A DNA stretch of 64,000 nucleotides from Candidatus Omnitrophota bacterium (lineage in GTDB: Bacteria > Omnitrophota > Gorgyraeia > Zapsychrales > Zapsychraceae), in contig JAJDCA010000014.1 in the NCBI GenBank assembly GCA_029261055.1, forward strand, positions 5,295 to 69,294, given 5' to 3'. Of the stretch, positions 27,837-39,800 are shown piece after piece. The notes beneath the pieces were generated by a model, which saw only the letters and a list, made by a program, of their open reading frames with translations, was not told the origin of the DNA and searched no databases. How positions within the stretch are numbered: position 1 is the stretch's first letter; every line of letters starts with the position of its first letter. Both the position numbers and the translations under genes were made by a program.

Positions 27837-28265
27837 ATGAGTTTAAACAGTGTTAATGTTATGGGAAATTTGACGCGGGATCCAGAGTTGAAGTATACGA
27901 CATCGGGTAAAAGTATTTGTAATATTTCGATTGCGAATAATCGTGTCTATTCAAAAGGTGGAGAGAAAGTTACGGAAACATCGTATTTTGATGTTGAAGT
28001 GTGGGGCGTGGTTGGTGAAAATTGCGCTAAATATTTAGCTAAAGGGAGTGGTGTTATTGTTGAAGGGCGTCTTAAACAAGATCGTTGGGAAAAAGATGGG
28101 AAGACTCAAAGTCGTGTAAGAATATCTGCCAATAATATTCATTTTTTACCTAAAAGAGATGGTGGAGCCGGACAATCGTCAGGCGCGCAACAACCAGCTG
28201 CAGCTGCTTATGCGGCAACCACCGCCGAAAAAAAACCACAAGACTCTGTTGCCTGGGATGAATAA
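27837..28265 (+). CDS. ssb: single-stranded DNA-binding protein with an atypical C-terminus
   Basis: OB-fold N-terminus (NSVNVMGNLTRDPELKYT..G) and a Gln/Ala-rich linker. Ends ...SVAWDE rather than the canonical DIPF tip. Confidence 0.75.
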   Translation: MSLNSVNVMGNLTRDPELKYTTSGKSICNISIANNRVYSKGGEKVTETSYFDVEVWGVVGENCAKYLAKGSGVIVEGRLKQDRWEKDGKTQSRVRISANNIHFLPKRDGGAGQSSGAQQPAAAAYAATTAEKKPQDSVAWDE

Positions 28266-29052
28266 ATTTATCAAAAATATGATTAGCCCCTATCTCAAAA
28301 CTTCAATTGTGTCGCGGGTCCTGTCGCATCCAAATAGAGGTTTTGGGATAGTGGTTAAGAAATTAACCTATCTATTCAGCTTAGTTTTTGTTCTTGCTGG
28401 AAGTCATCTGTCTTTGGCTGCCACAGGTAGTCATTTTGTCTATAACGAGCTTTCAACAAAAACCGGAAAGAGGCTTAAGACATATCATAAAACCCTTACA
28501 GAAGATTCTTCAGGTCAGATAAAAATACAACGTAGTCTGAAGGGTAAGAATTATACGCAGGATGAGACATATGTCTTAGATTCAGAGTATGCCACCCTTA
28601 GTTGGTCTGTTAAACGGGCAGACAAAGGGACGGATTATTCCGGAGGTAGAGAAGGAAATGTTCTTTACATCAAGGGTAAGTTGGCAGGCAAGTCTATTGA
28701 TAAAGAAATCACACTTGATGATCGCCCTTTGTATAACCATCCGAAAGTGAACCTCACAAAATTTGTCCTTTCCGATCAGGATAATATTGAATTCTGGGGG
28801 TTGCGCAAAGCAACTCTTATGAAATATGTTATGCAGGCGAAGAAGATGGGGGAAGAAATAATTACGGTTGATGGCCAAGCTATTGATACGATTAAAGTTT
28901 ATTTCAGTCCAACAGGACCTCTTAAAAAATATTACCGCCGCACTTATTATTTCCGCAAATCAGACGGTCTTTTTATAAAAAAGAAACCCTCCAAAGGCAA
29001 AACGACTGTGTTAGACATCAGTCATCAAGCATCAGACGCCAGTAAAAAATAA
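28258..29052 (+). CDS. hypothetical secreted protein (264 aa)
   Basis: Its start overlaps the ssb stop. A hydrophobic signal-like segment ends ...LSLAA. Confidence 0.4.
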   Translation: MNKFIKNMISPYLKTSIVSRVLSHPNRGFGIVVKKLTYLFSLVFVLAGSHLSLAATGSHFVYNELSTKTGKRLKTYHKTLTEDSSGQIKIQRSLKGKNYTQDETYVLDSEYATLSWSVKRADKGTDYSGGREGNVLYIKGKLAGKSIDKEITLDDRPLYNHPKVNLTKFVLSDQDNIEFWGLRKATLMKYVMQAKKMGEEIITVDGQAIDTIKVYFSPTGPLKKYYRRTYYFRKSDGLFIKKKPSKGKTTVLDISHQASDASKK

Positions 29053-29102
29053 ACTACTGATGACTACTGAAGGCTAACGTCTAAGAATTTTTGAACCTTA
29101 AA

Positions 29103-29873
29103 TTAGTCTTTAATCTTCTTACGACGAGCTTGAACAAAGGCGTGTTGTAAGGCGATGTAGGGGTCGATCGCGTCTTCGGTGAAGGTTTCGTAGGCATCAC
29201 GGACATGAAAGGAAAAGTTATTAACGCGTCGAACAGGTCGCATCACAGCAAAGGCTTTTTCCGATTCTACATCAAATATACCAAACCAGGTAAAAGGGCT
29301 GAAAGCAGCATCACCGATAAAACCAAGAACTTCGCGTGTGGTGGCTGGGCCGAATAGCGGAAGCATAAGAAAGCGCCCTTCACCCATTCCCCAAACAGCA
29401 AAAGTTTGGCCAAAATCTTCGTCTTGCACTTCAAGGTTAAAAACAGCATCTGCCGGATCAAAAAAACCTCCTAGACCAACTGAAGAGTTTATAAGTAATC
29501 GGCCGAATTCAGTGGAAGCCCCTTTGAGTTTTCCTTGGAAGAGGCAGCTAAAAAGACGGACAGGGGTTTTAATATTAACAAAAACATTGTTGATACTTTT
29601 TTGTACTTTTTTTGGTACTAAGAAGTCATATCCTTTGGAAATGGGAGTGAATAAATGAAATAATTTATCATTAAGTTTAAAGAATTTACGGTTCATGTTT
29701 TCCCAAGGGTCATAAATAGGATCTTTTGGTTCCCCGTTGTCCCAATCATTTTCAAGGTCGAGATCATCTTCAAGAAATAACTGTTCTTGTGCGTGAAGTG
29801 GTGTGGTTAAGAAAGAAAGGGGGGTGAGAAAAATACTGAATATTAGGAAAGCCTGCACGTAAAGTTTTTTCAT
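29103..29873 (-). CDS. mlaA: MlaA/VacJ-family outer-membrane lipoprotein
   Basis: Signal peptide, DPWENMNR and EDFGQT motifs. Last gene of the mla operon. Confidence 0.75.
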   Translation of the reverse strand: MKKLYVQAFLIFSIFLTPLSFLTTPLHAQEQLFLEDDLDLENDWDNGEPKDPIYDPWENMNRKFFKLNDKLFHLFTPISKGYDFLVPKKVQKSINNVFVNIKTPVRLFSCLFQGKLKGASTEFGRLLINSSVGLGGFFDPADAVFNLEVQDEDFGQTFAVWGMGEGRFLMLPLFGPATTREVLGFIGDAAFSPFTWFGIFDVESEKAFAVMRPVRRVNNFSFHVRDAYETFTEDAIDPYIALQHAFVQARRKKIKD

Positions 29874-29877
29874 AAGA

Positions 29878-30495
29878 TTATCCTTTTTTTCTTAAATCAG
29901 TCATGAGTTTTTCAAAACTCGATCGATTTAAGATACTATTAAATTGGCTACGATAGTTGCCGATAATACTTACACCCTCAATTGTCACGTCATATATTTT
30001 CCAAGTGTTGGTATTATTGATCAGGCTAAAATCAATGGAGAATTTATCACCATTCGCAGTATAAACATATGTTTGAACTTTGCTGCGGTTTCCTTTCATC
30101 ATCGTACGGATATAGTCTACACGCTCTCCACGATAAGTGTCTGTTTTTCCAAGATAAACTCTTTTAAGGGTAGATGTAAACGCAGTAATAAATTCTTTTC
30201 TTTCTTCAGGGGTGCGCTGTCGCCAGTGATGGCCCAGGGCGCGTTTGGACATTTCTTCTAAATTAAAATGCGGTTCTAAAAGTTGCCAGATGCGAGCTTG
30301 TCGCTCTATTAAATTTTTGGCACCGGCTAGTGTAGGATCTTGAAGTATTTCAATGCCATCTTCAACGACAGCGAGGATTATTTCATCAGGTTTTTTCTCT
30401 GTCTGACTGAAGGCAGGTATTCCCATCAGAAGGTTTATAATAAGGGCAAGGGATGTAATGTGTTTTATAGGTATCATAGTTTTTTTACTCATCAT
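29878..30495 (-). CDS. mlaC: MlaC/Ttg2D-like periplasmic phospholipid-binding protein
   Basis: Signal peptide, ~200 aa, sits between mlaD and mlaA. Confidence 0.6.
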   Translation of the reverse strand: MMSKKTMIPIKHITSLALIINLLMGIPAFSQTEKKPDEIILAVVEDGIEILQDPTLAGAKNLIERQARIWQLLEPHFNLEEMSKRALGHHWRQRTPEERKEFITAFTSTLKRVYLGKTDTYRGERVDYIRTMMKGNRSKVQTYVYTANGDKFSIDFSLINNTNTWKIYDVTIEGVSIIGNYRSQFNSILNRSSFEKLMTDLRKKG

Positions 30496-30928
30496 CGACT
30501 ACAAAATGTTTAATAACACCTTCTAAGTCGAAAGGGGGTTCTGTATCAAAAATAGTTCCGTTAGATCCAATCAAATCATCAGAAGCTCCGGGTGTAATGG
30601 CGATGTACTTTTCGCCTAATAAACCTTTGGTTCGAATTGAGGCGATGGCGTCTTCTTGAATTTCAATATTTTTACGGATCGACATGCTCACAGTCGCCTG
30701 ATAATTCTCTAATTCAATATTTTTAATGGTGCCAACTTTAACGCCGGCAATTTCAACATTTGTATCTTTTTTAAGCCCGGTGACTGAACTAAAAATAGCT
30801 TTTATAGGATAATAATTCTTTTGATTAAAAATGTCAACTTGTCCTAATTGGATAGAGGTATACACAATACACAATAAACCAACGGAAATAAATAAGCCGA
30901 CACTTAGTTCAATATCAAATTTTTTCAT
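30485..30928 (-). CDS. mlaD: MCE-domain protein MlaD
   Basis: N-terminal transmembrane helix plus an MCE domain (VTGLKKDTNVEIAGVKVGTI). Confidence 0.75.
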   Translation of the reverse strand: MKKFDIELSVGLFISVGLLCIVYTSIQLGQVDIFNQKNYYPIKAIFSSVTGLKKDTNVEIAGVKVGTIKNIELENYQATVSMSIRKNIEIQEDAIASIRTKGLLGEKYIAITPGASDDLIGSNGTIFDTEPPFDLEGVIKHFVVDDE

Positions 30929-30972
30929 TTTTGTAGACCCTTCTTAATTCGTAGGTTAGGAGTTGTAAGGTA

Positions 30973-31701
30973 TTATTCAATTTCCCCTTTGAGAAATCTT
31001 CGGATGGTCGGATTATCAGAAGCAATAAATTCTTCAGGAGTTCCGACCGAAAGGATTTCTCCTTCGTGAAGCATCGCCACTTTATCGACGATATTAAAGA
31101 TTGTTGGGATTTCATGCGAAACAATGAGTGCGGTTAAATTTCGTTTTTGTTGTAAGCGTTTAATTAATTGATGAATGGTGTTGGTAATAATGGGATCTAA
31201 ACCTGTTGTCGGTTCGTCAAAGAGTATCGCTTCCGGATCCATGACCAGGCATCGGGCCAGGGCAACACGTTTTTTCATGCCGCCACTTAATTGTGCAGGA
31301 TATTTTTCTTCGCATCCTTTTAAATCAACGTTGGCTAGTTCTTGGGCAACTTTTTCTTTTATTTGTGAAAAGCTTAACTTTGTTTTTTCTTTTAAAGGAA
31401 AGGCGATGTTTTCAAAAACTGTAAGAGAATCAAAAAGCGCGGCCGATTGAAAAACGATACCAAGCTGTTCTTTGATTTTTTTTAATTTCTTTCCACTAAG
31501 TCGGCTAATATCTTGCTGATGGATTAAGACTTGTCCGCTATCAGGTTTGAGTAATCCGATAACAGACTTGAGTAAAACAGATTTACCTTTACCACTTCCC
31601 CCTATAAGAGCGACGATTTGGCCTTTCTTAATTTCCAAATGCACGCCTTTGAGGACGGTATGTTCTCCAAAATTTTTGTGGACATCAATAATTTTAATCA
31701 T
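30973..31701 (-). CDS. mlaF: ABC transporter ATP-binding protein MlaF
   Basis: Walker A (GGSGKGKS), LSGGMKKR signature, Walker B (ILFDEPT), H-loop. Confidence 0.8.
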   Translation of the reverse strand: MIKIIDVHKNFGEHTVLKGVHLEIKKGQIVALIGGSGKGKSVLLKSVIGLLKPDSGQVLIHQQDISRLSGKKLKKIKEQLGIVFQSAALFDSLTVFENIAFPLKEKTKLSFSQIKEKVAQELANVDLKGCEEKYPAQLSGGMKKRVALARCLVMDPEAILFDEPTTGLDPIITNTIHQLIKRLQQKRNLTALIVSHEIPTIFNIVDKVAMLHEGEILSVGTPEEFIASDNPTIRRFLKGEIE

Positions 31702-31745
31702 AATTTAGAGATTGTAAATAAATATATATTGGTTATTTACAACTC

Positions 31746-32540
31746 CTAGGCAAAAAGTAATATAGACGTTAATATATAATCCCAAATTAATACCACCACA
31801 GAAGACAGCACTACAGCTTCAGTTGTGGCCCTACTGACACCTTCTGCGCCAAAATGTGATTTTAAGCCGGCAAAGAATCCTTTGTAGCAGCTTATCCAAG
31901 TGATTAATAAACCAAAACTTAATGATTTATAGAAGCACAGTGTCAAATCTTTAAATAATATTGAATCCGCAATGGCCCCGTAATATGTGCCTGTGGCGAG
32001 GCCTGTTAATTCGACACCTACGAGGTGTCCGCCCCAGATGCCTACGACAACAAAAATGGCCGTTAAAAGAGGTAGGCAAATGATGCCTGCGATTAAATTT
32101 GGGATAATTAAATATTTATGCGGGTTTAAGGCCATCGCATCAAGGGCGTCAATTTGATCAGAAATACGCATAATGCCAAGTTGAGCGGTCAGTGCCGAGC
32201 CTGCTCTTCCTGTTACCATTAGAGCTGTGATCACCGGCCCTAATTCTCGAATTAAAGATAAGGCTGTGACGGAGCCAACGCTTGATTCCGCTCCAACAGT
32301 TACTAAAACATAATATACCTGAAGGGTAAGTACCATCCCGGTAAATAGACCTGTCAGAATAACGATAGGAAGGCTTTTAACACCTATAAAATGAATTTGC
32401 TTAATTATTCGGCTGGGGAGATAGGGCGGAAAAATCATATAATACAGATTTAACGCAAGAAAGAGTCCCATCTGGCCTAATTCACGTAAAAAAGTTAAGG
32501 CATTTTTGCCTAAAGATTGAAAGGGAAGTATAATATTCAT
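31746..32540 (-). CDS. mlaE: ABC transporter permease MlaE
   Basis: ~260-aa polytopic permease of MlaE type, upstream of mlaF. Confidence 0.75.
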   Translation of the reverse strand: MNIILPFQSLGKNALTFLRELGQMGLFLALNLYYMIFPPYLPSRIIKQIHFIGVKSLPIVILTGLFTGMVLTLQVYYVLVTVGAESSVGSVTALSLIRELGPVITALMVTGRAGSALTAQLGIMRISDQIDALDAMALNPHKYLIIPNLIAGIICLPLLTAIFVVVGIWGGHLVGVELTGLATGTYYGAIADSILFKDLTLCFYKSLSFGLLITWISCYKGFFAGLKSHFGAEGVSRATTEAVVLSSVVVLIWDYILTSILLFA

Positions 32541-32601
32541 TAGAGGCGCATTTTATCAGTAATTTTTAAAATTGGAAATATTTTCTTAAAAATTATTATA
32601 C

Positions 32602-34122
32602 TTAAGATATAGGTATAGAGTAATTTAAAGTTTTGTTTTTCAATACACGTCGACAATAAAATATAAAAATAATAAAAGCAATAATGCCAACGGCAAATAA
32701 AGTCCATTCCACTATCATACGTTCAATGCTACGGTTTTGAATATTAATCATATTGCCTGTCAGGCAGCCGAGATAAACGTAGAGGATGGTGCTTGGGAGT
32801 CGTCCTATACTTGACGCATAGATAAAATCTTTTAACCGCATGCTGGATAACCCGCAAATGTAATTTAAAAACATGGAACTGACAATTGGGATGTTACGTA
32901 ATAAGAGAAGAATTTTCCATCCTTTTTCCTCAATCAATTGATCGATGGCTTGCCATTGGGGGTTGGTTTTAATTCTTTTTGCAACGGATTCGCGGCACCA
33001 ATGGCGAGCCAAAAGAAATTTGATGATGGATGAGATTGTAGAAGCGATGGTAACGAGAATAATGCCTTGAGTCATTCCAAATAGAAATCCAGCACTTATT
33101 TTTAATATGAGAGCAGGTAGAAATAAACCTGCGAGCAGCAGGTATAGGCCCAGAAAGAGGAAAGGTGCAAAAATATGAAAATCTTTAATCCAATCGAGAG
33201 ATTGAAGATACATTTGTTTTACGCCTAATTTTTGTCCTAAAATACCGAATGCCGCTATCATCAATAACCAGCAAGCGAGTTTAACAAAGCCTAAATAGCT
33301 TTTATGTGTAGTTTTTTTTACAAGGGCCGGATTTTCATCGGCTTTCTTAGGCATTGGAATGTTTGGCGCCAGTAATTGGTTTATAAGTTCATAATCTTGA
33401 GGTTTATCTACATCAATGCCCATTTCCGGGTGGGGAGATGTAAAAATACGGACTTTGGCTTTTAAAAGGGAAGAAAGGATGATTTCAATTTCTGGAAAGG
33501 TTTTTCCTGTACATCCCAATAGTTCTAAAATTTTGTTAGGCTCTTTGCGTACTTTTCGGATGCGACCAATATAAGGAAGACATTTTAATAAAAGGCTGGA
33601 TTTACGAATGTAGTAAATATTTGTTCCGGTGTATTCTTTTCCCCCAATTGTCATATACGATCTGTCTTTAGACGGTAATCCAGCCTTGATTAATGTGGAT
33701 TTTTCAACATAATGCATCACGATATCCGCCTCTGATTGATCAATATTATGTAACGTGTTTTTAATAATTCTTGGCGTCAGAAGAGGGGCATCACAAAATG
33801 AAATGACATATCCTTGATGGGATTTTGCCATTTTATAAATAAAGAATTTAATATAAAGGACGGCATGAACAAGGTTTTGCAGAAGACTTGAGCCCTGAGC
33901 AAGACGTTTTTTGATATATTGCATTGAATTTAAATTGTCTAATTGCTTAGTGCCGACTACAATGATATTTTTAAAAATGTTGCTTTTGTGAAAAGCCTCG
34001 ATAACCCAGTCCAGCATAGGTTTGCCGGCAATCGGTAAGTGGGCCTTCATAGTGCAGGTATATTGTTGAGGCCAGTCTTTACGTTTGCCTCCAGCTAATA
34101 TTATAAGATTAAAATTCTTCAT
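32602..34122 (-). CDS. fusion protein: N-terminal nucleotidyltransferase (LicC/MobA-like NTP-transferase fold) plus C-terminal DedA/TVP38 membrane domain
   Basis: N-terminus LIILAGGKRKD...IAGKPMLDW resembles the sugar-/choline-phosphate cytidylyltransferase signature. The C-terminal ~230 aa are polytopic with a DedA-like pattern. First gene of the mla operon. Confidence 0.55.
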   Translation of the reverse strand: MKNFNLIILAGGKRKDWPQQYTCTMKAHLPIAGKPMLDWVIEAFHKSNIFKNIIVVGTKQLDNLNSMQYIKKRLAQGSSLLQNLVHAVLYIKFFIYKMAKSHQGYVISFCDAPLLTPRIIKNTLHNIDQSEADIVMHYVEKSTLIKAGLPSKDRSYMTIGGKEYTGTNIYYIRKSSLLLKCLPYIGRIRKVRKEPNKILELLGCTGKTFPEIEIILSSLLKAKVRIFTSPHPEMGIDVDKPQDYELINQLLAPNIPMPKKADENPALVKKTTHKSYLGFVKLACWLLMIAAFGILGQKLGVKQMYLQSLDWIKDFHIFAPFLFLGLYLLLAGLFLPALILKISAGFLFGMTQGIILVTIASTISSIIKFLLARHWCRESVAKRIKTNPQWQAIDQLIEEKGWKILLLLRNIPIVSSMFLNYICGLSSMRLKDFIYASSIGRLPSTILYVYLGCLTGNMINIQNRSIERMIVEWTLFAVGIIAFIIFIFYCRRVLKNKTLNYSIPIS

Positions 34123-34182
34123 AGGTATAAATTATAACAAAGTATTAGACAAATTTATTTAATAAAAGTTGATATTTAATTC

Positions 34183-34211
34183 TTGTAGATAAATGCAGAG
34201 ATTAGTATAAT
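34183..34211 (+). promoter_or_regulatory. promoter: TTGTAG, 17-nt spacer, TATAAT
   Basis: Perfect -10. Lies in the divergent intergenic region. Confidence 0.5.
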
Positions 34212-34254
34212 CAAATTAATAAATATTTCAACATGTAGCTTAGCGGAGGAAATT

Positions 34255-34977
34255 ATGAATAATAAATTACAAGAGATTTTGAAGAAGAATGCAGAATTTG
34301 AAAAAGAATCTCCGTATAACTTTTGTGATCGATGGTGTGAGCGTTGTGATTTTAAAATTCAACGACGATGTAAGTTGTATCTGGATGAATTAGACAGGCG
34401 TGCAACGAATATTGCCCACGGTAAACCTGAAAATGATTTAGAGATTCTTAAACAAGATTTTGAAGATCAGATGGAAGAGATGGAGGATTCGATTGACGAA
34501 TGGGCGGAAGAAGAAGGGGTTGATCCTTTCGAATTAGAACCCGATGAAGGTTTTGTTGAGGAGATACGAAAAAAAGAAGAAGAGCTGCACAAGCATCCTT
34601 TACAAAAAGTGACCTACCAATATATGAAAATATCACATGATTTTCTTAAAGAAGAATATTACAGTAAGCAAATTCTTACACAAGATATGAGGCTTAATTA
34701 TGAAATAGTGGCATGGTATCATAGTCTTCTTCCTGCGAAGATGCATCGTGCTCTGTGTGGTCTTTATGTACCGGATGTTCATGATGAAGAGGATTATGCC
34801 TTGTGTGATGCCGTTGCACAATTTGCTGTTTGTCGAAAATCTATTAGTTTGTCGGTTGCTTCCTTGCGTGAAATCGGACAGCAAAATAGCCAGTTAAAGA
34901 AGCGGATAACTCTACCTCTTACACTGCTCCACAATATGGCCAGTCAGATTGATATTATTTTAAAAGAGATTGGATAG
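34255..34977 (+). CDS. hypothetical protein with an N-terminal CxxxCxxC-x7-C motif and an acidic region
   Basis: CDRWCERCDFKIQRRC. Otherwise unrecognised. Confidence 0.4.
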   Translation: MNNKLQEILKKNAEFEKESPYNFCDRWCERCDFKIQRRCKLYLDELDRRATNIAHGKPENDLEILKQDFEDQMEEMEDSIDEWAEEEGVDPFELEPDEGFVEEIRKKEEELHKHPLQKVTYQYMKISHDFLKEEYYSKQILTQDMRLNYEIVAWYHSLLPAKMHRALCGLYVPDVHDEEDYALCDAVAQFAVCRKSISLSVASLREIGQQNSQLKKRITLPLTLLHNMASQIDIILKEIG

Positions 34978-35039
34978 TTCGACAGGTTTGTTTTACTTGT
35001 TTGAGAACCACAAGTAGAGAAGGTGTTTTAAAAATTTAT

Positions 35040-35113
35040 CGGGGCGTAGCGCAGTTTCCGCCACACAGCGTGGCGGATCCGCCAAAGTTTTGATGGCGGA
35101 GGCTAGCGCGCAG
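35040..35113 (+). pseudogene. partial duplicate of the tRNA-Pro 5' end (nt 1-29) interrupted by a 44-nt GC-rich double hairpin
   Basis: 35040-35056 equals tRNA nt 1-17, and 35101-35112 equals tRNA nt 18-29. The 35057-35100 insert folds as CCGCCAC-ACAGC-GTGGCGG and TCCGCCA-AAGTTTTGA-TGGCGGA. Confidence 0.5.
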
Positions 35114-35128
35114 AAAAAAAGAAATTAT

Positions 35129-35205
35129 CGGGGCGTAGCGCAGTTGGCTAGCGCGCAACGTTCGGGACGTTGAGGTCGACGGTTCAAATCCGTCCGCCCC
35201 GACCA
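35129..35205 (+). tRNA. tRNA-Pro (anticodon CGG), CCA encoded
   Basis: Manual cloverleaf: acceptor CGGGGCG/CGCCCCG, D-stem GCGC, anticodon stem CAACG/CGTTG, loop TTCGGGA, T-arm GACGG-TTCAAAT-CCGTC, discriminator A, CCA. Confidence 0.85.
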
Positions 35206-35236
35206 GTTTACCGTCGCTCATCGCGATATCAAAAAT

Positions 35237-35509
35237 ATGCTTCAATCCCATATCTTTTTTCACGGCATAGTTCAAGGGGTAGGATTTCGTTATACGGTTC
35301 AACGATATGCTGTGCGTTTGGATCTTAACGGTTGGGTAAGGAATGTGCCTGACGGGAGTGTTGAGGTTCTTGTAGAAGGGGCAAAAAAAGATATTGAAAA
35401 ACTTTGCCGGGATGTTGAAGAACATTTTTCAGGATATATCCGGAATAAGGAAATTCATTTTCTTGAGGACGCCGTACATAAATTTACAAATTTTAAAATA
35501 ATCGCCTAA
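35237..35509 (+). CDS. acyP: acylphosphatase
   Basis: VQGVGFR and GWVRN motifs in 90 aa. Confidence 0.85.
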   Translation: MLQSHIFFHGIVQGVGFRYTVQRYAVRLDLNGWVRNVPDGSVEVLVEGAKKDIEKLCRDVEEHFSGYIRNKEIHFLEDAVHKFTNFKIIA

Positions 35510-35600
35510 GAAATTGTCCATAAATAATTTGGACAATTGCTTGATAATCTTGGTATGAAATGCTGTTAAACTTGACCAGCTTATTTATGGACAACTCCTA

Positions 35601-38885
<3,285 letters not shown>

Positions 38886-38909
38886 AAATTTACCCTAATT
38901 TGGATAATT

Positions 38910-39797
38910 ATGAAACAGTATATTGATGAATTTATTAATTATCTTGCGGTTGAAAGAGGGTTAGCTAACAATACGCTCTTGGCTTACGGACGGGATTTAG
39001 CGAAATATGAGCGGTATTTTGAAGAAAAAAATATTCAAGAACCAAGTCATGTTAAGCGTGATGATATTACAGATTACATGTATTATGAAAAAAATGAGGG
39101 GTTGTCTGCTAATTCTATCTGCCGGAGTTTAGCGGCTATAAAGATGTTTCATCGATTTTTAGTGCGGGAAAGATTAGTGCAAGAAGATCCTACCCATCTA
39201 GTTGAGACGCCAAAGTTGTGGAAGCGAATCCCAGGGGTTTTGACTAGCGCGGAAGTTGAGGCTATGATTAATGCTCCTAAAGGATGGAAGTGGCAAGCGG
39301 TTAGAGATAGGGCGATTTTGGAGTTATTTTATGCCAGCGGGATGCGTGTTTCCGAACTGTCCAATTTATCTTTGGAGAATATTAATTTAGATGTCGGGTA
39401 TGTTCGTTGTACCGGTAAAGGACGTAAGGAACGCATTGTGCCGATAGGGAACAAAGCCAAGGAAGCCGTAAGAAAGTATTGTGAAACAGCGCGAACGAAA
39501 TTAGTTAAGTATCCTATGACGATGGAATTATTTTTAAGCCGGTTAGGTAAAAGAATCAGTCGGCAGAGTCTTTGGAGCATTATCAAGCTTTATGCCAGGG
39601 TAGCCGGCATTAAAAAGGAAATAAAACCACACACACTTCGACATTCTTTTGCAACACATCTTTTACAACACGGTGCGGATTTACGTTCGGTTCAGGAAAT
39701 GTTGGGACATTCGGATATTTCTACAACGCAGATTTATACGCATGTCGATAAGGAACGGTTAAAATCTATTCATAAAGAATTTCATCCTCGGGGTTAG
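38910..39797 (+). CDS. xerD: site-specific tyrosine recombinase XerD
   Basis: C-terminus HTLRHSFATHLLQHGADLRSVQEMLGHSDISTTQIYTHV closely matches XerD R-H-R-H-Y catalytic region. Confidence 0.75.
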   Translation: MKQYIDEFINYLAVERGLANNTLLAYGRDLAKYERYFEEKNIQEPSHVKRDDITDYMYYEKNEGLSANSICRSLAAIKMFHRFLVRERLVQEDPTHLVETPKLWKRIPGVLTSAEVEAMINAPKGWKWQAVRDRAILELFYASGMRVSELSNLSLENINLDVGYVRCTGKGRKERIVPIGNKAKEAVRKYCETARTKLVKYPMTMELFLSRLGKRISRQSLWSIIKLYARVAGIKKEIKPHTLRHSFATHLLQHGADLRSVQEMLGHSDISTTQIYTHVDKERLKSIHKEFHPRG

Positions 39798-39800
39798 GCA

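Noticed and set aside
29053-29102. Sequence similarity between the menB-downstream inverted repeat and the 29053 intergenic region (shared CAGCCTTCAGTA / GTCATCAG pieces)
   Set aside because: The matches are short (8-12 nt) and in different order, which fits chance matches around TGA-rich stop regions. Not reported as a repeat family.
34255-34977. Radical SAM enzyme call based on CxxxCxxC
   Set aside because: The protein is too short, has no glycine-rich SAM motif and no TIM-barrel-length region. It is kept only as a Cys-motif hypothetical.
35036-35425. 129-aa minus-strand ORF
   Set aside because: It spans the tRNA-Pro gene and its upstream duplicate on the opposite strand, and overlaps acyP. 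It is an artefact of the GC-rich tRNA region.
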